The notes under the pieces were generated by a model that was not told the origin of the DNA, did no database searches, and saw only the letters and a list, made by a program, of their open reading frames with translations. Positions 10,733 through 21,588 of a stretch of 64,000 bases of DNA are shown here, one piece after another. The stretch lies in contig CAVXEP010000012.1 in assembly GCA_963760795.1 (NCBI GenBank), positions 128,001 to 192,000 on the forward strand, given 5' to 3'. Both the position numbers and the translations under genes were made by a program. This stretch comes from an uncultured delta proteobacterium (GTDB taxonomy: Bacteria; Desulfobacterota; Binatia; UBA9968). Each line of letters opens with the position of its first letter. Positions within the stretch are counted from its first letter, which is position 1.

Positions 10733-12711
10733 ATGGGTTCCTCCCCGGCTACGATTCCGCCACAATCGAAAGTTCAGATCGGCTCCTGTTCGCCATTGGA
10801 CTTGTTTTCCTAACCGTCACCGGCGCATTCGCTGCCGGCGATGAAGCCAAGCGTATTTTAGCGCTAATCGATTACATCGGCGGCGACTATCGCAACGCCG
10901 TGCAAGGCGGGAAAGTCGTCAGTGACGCCGAGTACACGGAGATGAGCGAGTTCTCGGCGCGCAGCTTGGAGCTGTTCAGCCAATTGAAATCCGCCGAAGG
11001 CGATAAAGCGGGCATCGAAAAAGATCTGCGAGCGCTGGCAAGCCACATACAGCAGAAAACCGGCGAGGATGCAGTGCCGCAGTTGGCCCAGCAGATCAAG
11101 GACCGCTTGATCAAAACCTATAACATCGTCACCTACCCCAAGGCTCTGCCGAACTACGAGGGCGCGAAACTGATCTACATGCAGAATTGCGCTCAGTGCC
11201 ATGGCGAGAGCGGCAGAGGCGACGGCCCCGGCCGCGAGTCGATGAATCCAAAAACACCGCCGCCGGCCAATTTTACCGACGCAGACTTCATGGCCGGACT
11301 CTCGCCTTTTAAAGTCTATAACACGACCACGTTCGGCATCGACAAAACGGCGATGGCTTCCTTCGCCGCGCTGCCGGACGAGCAACGCTGGCAAGTCGCC
11401 TTCTATGTTATGGCGCTACGTTTTCCCGCTGAAACAGCAGCTGCCGGAGAGTCCTGGCTGAAAGGCAAGTCGCTGCCGGCCACCCTCGCAGGCGTCGCCA
11501 CCTTGGCAACTTCTTCAGACAACGAGCTATCCGATAAAATCAAGACGAGTTTTCCCAACGCGCCGCACAACGACATTCTCGCCTACCTCAGGCGCGGGCT
11601 TCTAGAGAAAAAATCGAGCGATCCATTGTTGATCGCTCGCACCCTGCTCGGCGAAGCCGCTGAGATATACAGCAAAGGCGATAAGGAAAAAGCTTACCAG
11701 AAAGCCATCGAGGCCTACCTTGACGGCTTCGAGATGGCCGAGCCGGCGCTGTTCGCCAAGGATGCGGCCTTGGGAAGATCTCTCGAGGCCCAGTTCACGC
11801 AGTTTCGCAATTCGATCCGGCAGGGAGTTTCCGCCGAGGAGATTCAAAAACAACACGCCGAGATCGAAGCCAAGCTCGACCAGGCGGCACAGATGTTGGC
11901 CAGCAGCGATGATTTCTCCGGTTATTACGCATTCTTGAATTCGGCCCTGATCATTTTACGCGAAGGACTAGAGGCGGCGCTGATTCTCGCCGCGATCATC
12001 GCCATGCTGCGAGTGATGGGCGCGACAAAATCGATTCGTTACATCCATTTCGGCTGGATGCTGGCGGTGGCCGCCGGTTTCCTCACCTGGCTCGCCGCGC
12101 AGACCGTGCTGACTTTCAGCGGCCAGCACCGTGAAAGCATGGAAGGATTCATCTCGATCTTCGCCGCGGCGGCGCTGTTCTATGTCGGCTATTGGCTGCA
12201 CACCCGGACCGAGGCTAAACGGTGGCAGGCGTTTATTCAAGACAAAGTCCAAAACGTACTTTCGCGCAAAAGTATCTTCGGACTGGTCGGCATCTCTTTT
12301 TTCGCTGTGTATCGCGAGGCCTTCGAGGTCGTGCTCTTCTATCAGGCGCTCTGGTTACAGAATGAAAATAGCCACCAAGCCATCCTTGGCGGATTCGCCG
12401 CAGGCGTAGCCGCGCTGCTCGCGGCTACCTTTGCGATCTTCAAGCTCGGCCTGCGCATACCGCTAAAATACTTCTTCGGCGTCACCGGCACACTGCTCTA
12501 CATCATGGCCTTCATCTTCGCCGGCACCGGCATCAATCAATTGCAGGCGGCCGGCTGGGTTCCGGCAACACCGCTCGATTTTCCGCCGGCGGTGCCGCTG
12601 TTGGGCATCTATCCGACCATGGAAACCCTGGCAGCCCAGGGACTATTGGTCTGCATATTTATAGCTACCTCGCTATGGATGGCGCATGAACGAAAAAAGG
12701 CAGTGGCTTAA
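10733..12711 (+). CDS. Cytochrome c/FTR1-family iron permease (EfeU/PbrT-like); 5' end approximate
   Basis: In-frame ALIDYIGGDY upstream of ORF 10900, CAQCH heme motif, REGLE and REAFE motifs. Confidence 0.9.
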
Positions 12712-12900
12712 ATGCGTGTTCCAAGGCAAGGCGAACAGGAAACGGCGGAGACGGTGACTCAGGACGGCGATGCGCTTCGTTGCCATTGCGGCAGCTTGGT
12801 CGCCCGGCTGGTGCCGAATGGAGTGGAAATCAAATGCCGCCGCTGCAAACGGCGCGTTGTAATTCCGCTCGGTTTGGGCGCTTTTGAAATCTCAGAATAG
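12712..12900 (+). CDS. Com-like Cys4 metal-ribbon microprotein (62 aa)
   Basis: RCHCGSLVARL...VEIKCRRCKR matches the Com-family pattern; ATG abuts the FTR1 stop codon. Confidence 0.75.
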   Translation: MRVPRQGEQETAETVTQDGDALRCHCGSLVARLVPNGVEIKCRRCKRRVVIPLGLGAFEISE

Positions 12901-12954
12901 AGCCAATAATCGAGAAGCCATGGCACTTGATTGAAAGCTAATTAAGTTTTAATG

Positions 12955-13037
12955 TTCAGTTACTTAAAGAGTAATATTTAGTATCGACTAATAATTTTAC
13001 TTAGAGTTGACAAATATTATTGATTTCGATATACGAA
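12955..13037 (+). promoter_or_regulatory. Four DtxR-like boxes at 23-bp spacing over a sigma70 promoter
   Basis: 14-mers at 12955, 12978 (TTAG-TATCGA-CTAA), 13001 and 13024; TTGACA(13007)-N17-TATACG(13030). Confidence 0.6.
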
Positions 13038-13044
13038 CATAATT

Positions 13045-13122
13045 AGCGGCCAGCGATCTAGAATCCAGAGCCCGGATTTTGCCGAAAAAATATCGGCAAA
13101 ATTACGGGCATTTTTATTGTTT
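13045..13122 (+). terminator. Leader element copy A: 29-nt repeat motif, hairpin and T-tract (attenuator-like)
   Basis: AGCGGCC AGCGATCT AGAATCC AGAGCCC overlaps stem GCCCG..TTTTGCCGA/TCGGCAAAA..CGGGC, followed by ATTTTTATTGTTT. Confidence 0.65.
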
Positions 13123-13138
13123 ACGGAGGTCAATCTAA

Positions 13139-13351
13139 ATGTACGGCATCAAATCACCCCAGGGCAGATGGTCGGTCTCGCTTTGCAACTGTAGTCAGGA
13201 CACCGCCCACTTTCACTACGGCAGCGTCGTCCTGCACATCGCCCGTGACGACCTGCGCGAGCTTGGTCTCGCCATGCAAAGCGTCGCCGAAGGTAGCGAC
13301 CTAACTGATACGGAAAATCACATCGAGTTAAAGAAAGGTCTGGTCCAATAG
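13139..13351 (+). CDS. Small CxC/HxH protein, first gene of the tonB operon
   Basis: GGAGG RBS at 13125; LCNCSQDTAHFHYG; stop 2 nt before exbB. Confidence 0.7.
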   Translation: MYGIKSPQGRWSVSLCNCSQDTAHFHYGSVVLHIARDDLRELGLAMQSVAEGSDLTDTENHIELKKGLVQ

Positions 13352-13353
13352 TC

Positions 13354-13963
13354 ATGTCGGCATTTATTGCAATCATCATCAAAGGCGGCATCGTCATGAT
13401 CCCGCTGCTCGCTTGCTCCTTGATCTCACTCGCGCTCACCATCGAACGGTTTGTGTTTTGGGCCAAACTGAAAACCAAAGATGTCCTGGATCAAATCTTG
13501 TCATTGGTCGAAAAGGGCGAATTCGAACAAGCTCTTAAAACTGGGCAAGACCTCCAGCCAGCCAATCGCGCGGGTTTTAGCGGCGGGTATCGCGCACCGC
13601 AATCCCGCGCCGGCGAAGGCAATGGAAGCTCTGGCGCAGGCCGAGATTCCCGTGCTCAAAAGCCGCCTCGGAATTCTCGACACCATCGTGACGCTTGCCC
13701 CTCTGCTCGGATTGCTCGGCACCGTCGTCGGCATGATCGGCTCCTTCGATGTCATGTCGGAAGCGGGCATGGGGCAACCCCACGCCATTACCGGCGGAGT
13801 CGCGGAAGCGCTCATCGCCACTGCCACCGGCTTGTTGATCGCGATCTTGACCCTGGTCTCCTACAACTACTTCACCGCCAAGGTCGAGCGCGAAATGGAC
13901 CGCATGGAGCACTTCAGCTCCTCGCTGGAATTGTTGCTGCATGAACATGCGGGGAAGCATTAA
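13354..13963 (+). CDS. exbB: ExbB/MotA/TolQ proton channel, one frameshift
   Basis: GGIVMIPLLACS...IERF then APLLGLLGTVVGMI and EALIATATGL. Confidence 0.9.
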
Positions 13964-14376
13964 TGCGCATTCAACGCCGCAGTATCAAGAAAGCGCGCAT
14001 CGAGATCATCCCGATGATCGACACGATCTTTTTTCTACTGGTATTTTTCATGATCTCGACCTTGTCGATGACCCAGTTCAAAGGCATGCCGGTCAATCTG
14101 CCCAAGGCGGCGTCCGGCCAGCAGGCGCCCGCCGAGAGCGCGGCGATCACGATTGATAAAGACGGCCGGTTGTTTCTCAACCAGCAAGCGATCGACAAAG
14201 CGGCTCTCGGTGAAGCTTTGAGCCAGCAACTTGCGAAGAATGCCGAGATGTTGGTCGTCATCAACGCCGACGACGGCGTTCAGCACGGCCAAGTGGTCGA
14301 AGTCATGGACATCGCCCGCGGCGCCAACGTGGCAAAGATGGCCATCGCGGTCAAACCGAAGGAGCAGAAAAAATGA
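13963..14376 (+). CDS. exbD: ExbD/TolR biopolymer transport protein
   Basis: IEIIPMIDTIFFLLVFFMI, VNLPKA, VINAD. Confidence 0.93.
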   Translation: MRIQRRSIKKARIEIIPMIDTIFFLLVFFMISTLSMTQFKGMPVNLPKAASGQQAPAESAAITIDKDGRLFLNQQAIDKAALGEALSQQLAKNAEMLVVINADDGVQHGQVVEVMDIARGANVAKMAIAVKPKEQKK

Positions 14377-15203
14377 ACGAGCGCTGGTTGGTATCTTCAT
14401 TCACTGCGTCGTCGTTGATTCATTTGGGAATAATTCCGTTGGCTGCGTTGGTGATGCACGCCAAACCGATTAAACCCGCCATGGTTCCCATTGAGCTGGT
14501 GGATGTGGCGCGCGTCGAGGAACCGAAGAAAGTCGAAGTCCCACCGCCTCCGCCTCCTCCAGCGCCCAAACCCAGGCTGCAAAATATCACCGCGCCGAAG
14601 CTTATATCCAAACCGGATTTCGAAACCAGCCCGCTGCCGCCAACCGGCAACACCAAGGAAGAGATCAAAGAGAAACCGGTCGAACAGCCGCTCGCCTCGC
14701 TGCCGGATAACTCCGGCGCCGCCAAGGCTGGATGGAATGTCGGCGCGCGCGCCGCGGAAGCCGAAGGCAGCGCCGCCGGCGCCGGCAATCTTTTCGGCAA
14801 GGGCGACGTGGGCGTGGTCGGCGGTAGCGGCGTGGCCGGCGGTGGCGGCGGCACAGGCGCGTCGGGATTGGGTCGAGGCGCCAAGGGCGACGGCACCGGC
14901 GGCGGCGCGGGCTCCGGCGAAGCATTATCGGGTCTCGCTCGCCCGCTCGGCGGTTACCAAGTCAAGCCGCGCTATCCCGAGTCCGCCAGAAGAGCGGGTG
15001 TTCAGGGAGTAACAACGTTGCGCGTGCGTGTTTTGGAGAATGGCCGGGTCGGCGAAGTGGTGGTCGAACAGTCAGCCGGCTTCCGGGATCTCGATTTCGC
15101 CGCGATGGACGCGGTCAAAAAATGGCTCTTCGAGCCGGCTCGCCGGGGCAAAGACGCGGTGTCGGTCTGGGTGATGTTACCGGTGAAGTTCGAACTGCAC
15201 TAG
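14373..15203 (+). CDS. tonB: Energy transducer TonB
   Basis: N-terminal TM with SxxxH, Pro- and Gly-rich linker, PRYPESARRAGVQG, WLFEPA. Confidence 0.92.
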   Translation: MNERWLVSSFTASSLIHLGIIPLAALVMHAKPIKPAMVPIELVDVARVEEPKKVEVPPPPPPPAPKPRLQNITAPKLISKPDFETSPLPPTGNTKEEIKEKPVEQPLASLPDNSGAAKAGWNVGARAAEAEGSAAGAGNLFGKGDVGVVGGSGVAGGGGGTGASGLGRGAKGDGTGGGAGSGEALSGLARPLGGYQVKPRYPESARRAGVQGVTTLRVRVLENGRVGEVVVEQSAGFRDLDFAAMDAVKKWLFEPARRGKDAVSVWVMLPVKFELH

Positions 15204-15211
15204 GAAAGACC

Positions 15212-15403
15212 ATGGGCAAAACGCTTGTGAATTTCGCTATCAAACAAACGGTCACACCGAGTCTGCCGGCCCCTTCCGGCCCAAAGCCGCGCATCGAAAG
15301 CAATCACTTGTTTCAAGGCAACAGCGAGATCGTCATCGTGCACCAAAAGGAGGAATACAACCTGCGCATCACCAGAAACGGCAAGCTAATTTTGACGAAA
15401 TAA
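15212..15403 (+). CDS. hemP: Hemin uptake regulator HemP/HmuP
   Basis: IESNHLFQGNSEIVIVHQKEEYNLRITRNGKLILTK, with the KLILTK family signature. Confidence 0.9.
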   Translation: MGKTLVNFAIKQTVTPSLPAPSGPKPRIESNHLFQGNSEIVIVHQKEEYNLRITRNGKLILTK

Positions 15404-15414
15404 TGTTTATGACG

Positions 15415-15488
15415 AAGCCAGCCATCCTCTCCTCCGGACGTGGAAAGCCAGCCAATCAAGCAACCCAAACACTATGGAGGATGAGATG
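15415..15488 (+). promoter_or_regulatory. Putative HemP-responsive leader: direct repeats plus anti-SD
   Basis: AAGCCAGCCA at 15415 and 15445; CATCCTCTCCTCC (15423-15435) is largely complementary to GGAGGATGAGATG (15476-15488). Confidence 0.65.
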
Positions 15489-17662
15489 AGTCGGCAACAA
15501 AAGCGTGCGATCGAAAGAAAGAAGGGCAAGACGGCGTTCCAAAAACTCTGTCTTGCCGCGGGCGAAGGAGTTGGCAAGGCGATGGCTTTCAGCTTTGCGT
15601 TGGCAAGCCACGCAGGCGCGGCGGAGCCGAAAAAAGAGGAACCGATCACCCTGCCGCCTGTGGTGGTGCAGGATCAAGGCAGCCCCTACACTGCCGGAAT
15701 CGTCCCTGTCGAGAATACCTGTACCACTGCAGGATATGCCACAGTCGATTACCGTGATACCGCAACGATTAATGCAGGAACGCGGAGCTGCTAGCTTCCA
15801 CGATGCGTTGCGCAGTGTACCCGGTATTAGTTTCCAAGCAGGCGAAGGGCGGCGCTCAGGGCAACAATTTGACGTTGCGAGGCTATAACGCGAGGAACGA
15901 CCTTTTCATTGACGGGGTTCGCGATCAGGGCTCGTATTTTCGCGATATATTCAATCTCGAATCGATTGAGGTTCTAAAAGGACCGTCCTCACCTATACTT
16001 CGGCCGTGGCTCGACCGGTGGCGCGATCAATCAGGTCAGCAAAGTTCCACAGCTTACGCCGAGCTACGGCGGCATGTTTGCTCTGGCGGCAACGGGGTTT
16101 ATTTGCGGGGCACGAGCGATGTCAACCACCCAATAACCCGGTCGCCCACGCGGCTTTCCGCGTCAACTTGATGGCCCACAAGGACGATATTGTCGAGTCG
16201 CGACATTTCAGAGCAGCAACGATTGGGATTTGCGCCGTCGATCTCGTTCGGTCTCGGCACCCCAACCCAGTTAACCTTGAGCTATCTTATTCAAGGCGAA
16301 GACAATATTCCGGATTATGGTTTGCCCTACGTGGAATGGCAACCCGTTCCGCACCGACCGGAACAGCTTCTATGGCTTTGACCAGTGAAGATTACGAAGA
16401 AGACAATGCTGAATCTCGGCACGTCGCGGCTGGATCATCGCTTCAACGATATTTTCAGCTTGCGGAATACCCTACGCTACAGTCATAACGACCGGGAGCA
16501 CGAAACCACAGCGCCACGCGTCAATGTCATCCCCACCCTGTTCACCAGGAATAGACCGGCGCGCGATATTACTGAGGCGCTTCTCAGCAACCAAACGGAT
16601 CTAACCGCCAAGTTCGACACGTGGGGCTTTAAGCATGCATTAGTCTCAGGGCTCGAGTTTTCCCGGGACTGGTTGGATCGAACCAATTGATGCTTTCGTG
16701 GGAGCGCCGCCGGCAAACGCTATCAATCCAAACCCATACGCCAGTACCGCGGGCATGTCACACTCGGCTATCGCAGCGCGCAGACGGCGCCGCCTTCGGA
16801 TTCGGCATCTTCGCCGCAGATCAAATCAAACTGAACGAGTATTTTGAACTCGTCGGCGGCGTCCGTTGGGATTATTTCGACAACGACTTCGAAGGATCAC
16901 GCATAATACCCTGACGCGATAAGCTCGTTCGGACGGGTCGACGGATAAAATGTGGAGTTATCGGGGCGGACTGATCTTTCACCCGACCCCGTCACAGAGC
17001 TACTATTTCTCCTATGCGACCTCGTTCAATCCCTCCGCCGAAGCCATCCCTCAGCCAGCCACCAACGGTACTCCTCCGGAAAAGAATAGAATCTTCGAAA
17101 TCGGCGGAAAAGTGGAATTCTTCAATGGAACCTTAAACCTGCAAGGCGCTGTATTTAGAATCGACAAAACCAATGCCCGTGTAACTGATCCATTAGACCC
17201 AACCGGGACGCTCGTGCTTGACGGTGAGCAACGTGTTCAGGGTGTGGAATTCGGCATCGCTGGCCGCATTCTCCCCAACTTGAATGTGTTCGCTGGATAC
17301 ACTTTTCTCGATTCGAAGTTTCGCAAATCCCCGACCCCAGCCGTCGAGGGCAATCCGATATTAAACGTGCCGAAGCACAGCGCGAACTGTGGGTAACCTA
17401 CGACTTTTTCGAAAAGTGGCAGATCGGCGGGGGGCCGACGTATGTCAGCAGCTCGATCTACAACAATGCCGCGAACGTCACCCGTGTCCCGGTTCATGTT
17501 CTCTGGGACGCGACGGTGGCGTATCAGCTAACCAAGAATTTCCAATTCCGGCTCAATGGTATCAATCTTACCAATGACCATTACTATTCGGCTCTCAGCG
17601 GAGGAAACGTGTTGCCTGGAAATGGGCGCACGTTCATCCTCAGCACGAGCTTCAAGTTCTAA
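15486..17662 (+). CDS. TonB-dependent siderophore receptor (Fiu/PiuA-like), many frameshifts
   Basis: TonB-box-like [44 protein letters not shown]-terminal SFKF*. Confidence 0.85.
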
Positions 17663-17676
17663 GGAGTCCGACAAAA

Positions 17677-18357
17677 ATGATCGTCCAAGTGCCCAATGTC
17701 CTGAACTCCGAACAGCTCGCGCGCTGCCGTGAAGTGATGCAGCGCGCGGGCTGGATCGATGGCCGCGTGACGGCAGGGTATCAATCCGCCGTGGTCAAGG
17801 ACAACCGCCAGCTACCGGAGAATAGCCCGGAGGCGCGGGAGCTCGGCGATATGATCGTGGCAGCCCTGGAGCGCAACCCGCTGTTTATCACGGCGACGTT
17901 GCCGCTCCGGGTCTTCCCGCCTCTATTCAACCGCTACGAAGGCGGCGAATCATTCGGCGCGCATCTGGACAATTCCATCCGGCAGATTCCCGGCACACCG
18001 CTGCGCGTGCGCACGGATATTTCCGCGACGCTGTTTCTCAGCGCGCCGGAAGACTACGACGGCGGCGAGCTGGTCGTCGACGACGTTTACGGCGCCCACG
18101 CGGTGAAGCTTGGCGCCGGCGACATGGTGGTTTATCCGGCGAGCAGCCTGCACCACGTCAAGCCGGTGACGCGGGGAGTTCGTCTCGCGTCGTTTTTCTG
18201 GGTGCAGAGCATGGTGCGCGACGACGGCACTCGAACTCTGCTTTTCGATCTCGATATGGCGATCAACAAAGTCAATCAAGCTCTGCCAAATCACGGCGCC
18301 GTGGTGGAGCTGACCAATTGTTATCACAACTTGCTGCGGCGCTTCGCGGAGGTGTGA
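17677..18357 (+). CDS. piuC: PKHD-type Fe(II)/2OG hydroxylase (PiuC/YbiX)
   Basis: [43 protein letters not shown]. Confidence 0.95.
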   Translation: MIVQVPNVLNSEQLARCREVMQRAGWIDGRVTAGYQSAVVKDNRQLPENSPEARELGDMIVAALERNPLFITATLPLRVFPPLFNRYEGGESFGAHLDNSIRQIPGTPLRVRTDISATLFLSAPEDYDGGELVVDDVYGAHAVKLGAGDMVVYPASSLHHVKPVTRGVRLASFFWVQSMVRDDGTRTLLFDLDMAINKVNQALPNHGAVVELTNCYHNLLRRFAEV

Positions 18358-18358
18358 C

Positions 18359-18891
18359 ATGAATAGGCGATCAAGAATGATCTCGGCCATCGCCCTCGTG
18401 CTGGTTGCCGGCTGCGCCGCGGCCGCGCCGGTGGATGAATCCGCCGCGCGCGGATCTCCGTCGCCTTCATCGAACCGGAGAAATTCACCGACGCGCGCCG
18501 CGCCGAGCTGGAGCCGACATCGACGGGCATCGTCGGCGAACTGCAAAAATTTATCATCACGACCGGCGCGCGCTACATCCCTGAGAATATGACACTGAAT
18601 ATCCGGATCACTGACATCGACCTCGCCGGCGACTTCGAATTGTTTCGCGGTCCGCAAGCGGACCAAGTGCGCATTGTCAAAGGTCTCTACCCGCCCCACA
18701 TCGTGCTTGAGTTCGAGATCATCGATAGCGCCGCGACGGTGGTCAAATCCGGCAAACGCGACTTGACCGATATCAATTACCAACTCCGCAGCGTTTACCC
18801 GAGAGAAGACTATCTACGCTACGAAAAGGATATCTTGCGCGACTGGCTGCGCGCCGAGCTTGGTGTTCTGAAGGCCGGCAAGACCAACTAG
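18359..18891 (+). CDS. DUF3016-like lipoprotein, frameshifted
   Basis: VAGC lipobox, FIEPEKFTD in the middle frame, ITDIDLAGDFE, LRYEKDILRDW. Confidence 0.7.
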
Positions 18892-18907
18892 CGCCCGAGG
18901 AGACGGC

Positions 18908-20730
18908 ATGAAGCTGCTGCATAAAATCATTTTTTGGTCCCACCTGCTCGCCGGCGTTATCGGCGGCACCGTCATCTTCATCATGTCGGCGACCGGCGTC
19001 ATCCTGATGTACGAGCGCCAACTGGTCGAATACGCCGAACGACGACGTGCGCGAGGTCGTGCCGCCGGATGCCAATGCGCAGCGCATAAGCCTGGATGAA
19101 CTGGTAGCCAAGGCGCGCGCGCAGAATCCCAAAGCCCAGCCCACAGGCGTGGTCCTGCGCAACGAACCGACCGCATCCGTCGCCGTCGGCTTCGGTCGTG
19201 AAGGCGCAACCTACGTGAATCCATATACCGGGGCGATCCTCGGCTCGGAATCGAAACTGCATGACTGGTTTCACGACGTCGTCGATTGGCACCGCTGGCT
19301 CGGCACGGAGGGCGAAGGCCGTGTCACCGCGCGCGCCATCACCGGTGCTTGCAACCTAGCGTTTTTCTGGCTGGCGCTTACCGGAGTCTATCTCTGGTGG
19401 CCGCGCAGTTGGCACTGGCGGGGATTGAAGCCGAGCCTCCTTTTCAATTTCCACCTCCGCGGCAAAGCGCGCGACTGGAACTGGCACAACGTCATCGGTT
19501 TTTGGTCGTCCGTCGGTGCTCGTCGTTCTCACGCTCACCGCGGCGGTGATGTCTTATCCGTGGGCCAACGATCTGCTCTACACATTGACCGGCAGCGAGC
19601 CGCCGCCAAGAGCGCAAGCCCCCGGCCCTGCGGCTCAAGCGCAGCAGCGGCGCGGCGCGGGCACAGAGACGCGCGAGCGCAAGCCGATGGCAAGCTTCGA
19701 TGCCTTCCTGGCGCGCGCCGATCAGCAAGCTCCCGGTTGGATCATGATGACGATGCGCCTGCCGCCGCGCGGCGATGGACCGGTCACGGTCTTGATTCAA
19801 GAGCCGACAGCGCCGCATATTTTCGCGCGCTCGCAACTGGCGCTCAATCGCTCCAGTGCCGAAGTCATAAAATGGGAGCCCTACGCCGCCGCCAGTCCGG
19901 GACGAAAGCTGCGAGTCTGGGTGCGCGGTCTTCACACTGGCGAGGCTCTCGGTTTCGCCGGCCAGACCGTCGCCGGCCTGGCGTCTCTCGGCGGCTGTTT
20001 CCTGGTTTGGACCGGCCTCGCAATGGCTTGGCGGCGTTTCCGCTACCGTAAACGCGATGCCGAAGACGCAACCACTGTGGAATATGTAACCGCGCCGGTG
20101 CAAGCCAGTCCCGAAGTCGTGCACACCGCGCCGCAGACCAATGAAGCATCAAAGGAGGCAACGAGAATCGACATGGAAGAAACGACCTCTAGCGCAACCA
20201 ACGGCCATGCTCACAACGGCCACGAGGACGCCCGCGCCCAATGGACCGGCGCGCCCGACAACGGCGATTCAGTACTCGTTCTGTACGGCACCGTCACCGG
20301 CAACGCCGAGTTGCTGGCGAATAAGCTGTCGGCGGCGCTACGCCGCGCCGGCGTAGCAGCTCGGGCACGAGACATGGCGCACTGCCAACCCAGCGTGTTG
20401 ACGCAGGCAAATTGCGTACTGGTGGTGATCAGCACCTACGGCGACGGCGAGCCGCCTGACGATGCCGCGTCGTTCTGGAAGGCTGTGGTGCAAGGCAATA
20501 GCCTCGATCTGCGCGGCGTCAAGTTTTCCGTGCTCGCCCTCGGCAACACCACCTACGATCATTTCTGCAAGTGTGGCCGCGACTTCGACGCCGCCCTGGA
20601 GCGCCACGGCGGCATACGAATCCATCCGCGCGTCGATTGCGACGTCGATTACGACACGCCGGCCAAGCATTGGCTCGACGGCGTGCTGGCGCAACTCCTC
20701 GACGACGAACGCAGCGCTCACTCGGCATAA
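18908..20730 (+). CDS. PepSY-associated TM protein (PiuB-like) with C-terminal flavodoxin domain, two frameshifts
   Basis: FWSHLLAG, YVNPYTG, WHRWL, WHNVIG, LHTGE; then YGTVTGNAE, STYGDGEPPD, ALGNTTYDHFC. Confidence 0.85.
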
Positions 20731-20747
20731 ACCAAAGGAGAACCCTC

Positions 20748-21428
20748 ATGACCAAGTTGATTTCCCTTTTCACGATGCTTGCGACGCTGTCGTTAATTCC
20801 TTCCGCTCACGCTCATTTCCTTTGGCTCGAACGTGACGGTGACGGCCCGGCGCGCGCCTACTTCGGCGAATGGATCGACGATATCCGCGAAAAAACCGGC
20901 GGGCTGCTCGACCGATTCAAAGCGCCGCGCGTATTTGTCGGCGCGAACAACGAACCGCTCCAGGTTAAACGCAATGAAAATAACCTCGAATTCGCAGCCA
21001 AAGGAGCTGGCGACGTGCGCTTCGTGGACAGCAGCGTGCCAGCGCGCGACGACAACGAAAAAGGCGGAACTACCAAGACAATCTATTACGCCAAGCATGG
21101 GCGTTCGGAAACCGCGGCGAAGCTCGACTTGGAGTTAGTGCCCACAGAAGCCAACGGTAAAACCTTTGTGCTAATTTTGCTCGGTTCACCGCTTCCTAAA
21201 GCCGAAGTCACGATCATCGGCCCGTCCAAGTGGGAAAAGCCGTTAACCACCGATGAACAGGGCCGTGTCACTCTGCCGATGCCCTGGACGGGTCGCTACG
21301 TTTTGGAAGTGACCCACTTCGATGACAAGGCCAGCGGCAGCGGTAGCGAAAAATTCAACCGGACGCGCCATATATCGTCGCTTTCGTTTGTGCAGCAGGA
21401 CGGCATACCCTGGATCGATAAGCGCTAA
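20748..21428 (+). CDS. DUF4198-like periplasmic protein
   Basis: AGGAG RBS, signal peptide ending AHA-HFLWLE, TDEQGRV. Confidence 0.75.
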   Translation: MTKLISLFTMLATLSLIPSAHAHFLWLERDGDGPARAYFGEWIDDIREKTGGLLDRFKAPRVFVGANNEPLQVKRNENNLEFAAKGAGDVRFVDSSVPARDDNEKGGTTKTIYYAKHGRSETAAKLDLELVPTEANGKTFVLILLGSPLPKAEVTIIGPSKWEKPLTTDEQGRVTLPMPWTGRYVLEVTHFDDKASGSGSEKFNRTRHISSLSFVQQDGIPWIDKR

Positions 21429-21588
21429 TCTTTCGCTTGGTGAAACAGTTATGGATAGTTTGATTCAAAAGGCACTAGCTGTTTCTCGGCTCACGGCGCA
21501 ATTTCCGGTTGATACTATTTTCTCCGCTACGGTCTGGTTCGAAGAGATGATGGTAATCTCGCTTGACAATATCGACGTGCAACTAAGT

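Noticed and set aside
12712-12900. Com-like gene as evidence of a Mu-like prophage
   Set aside because: No mom, transposase or virion genes; the ORF is embedded in an iron operon
12921-12936. TGGCAC as a sigma54 promoter (also near 59773)
   Set aside because: No GC at the -12 position with the required 10-nt spacing
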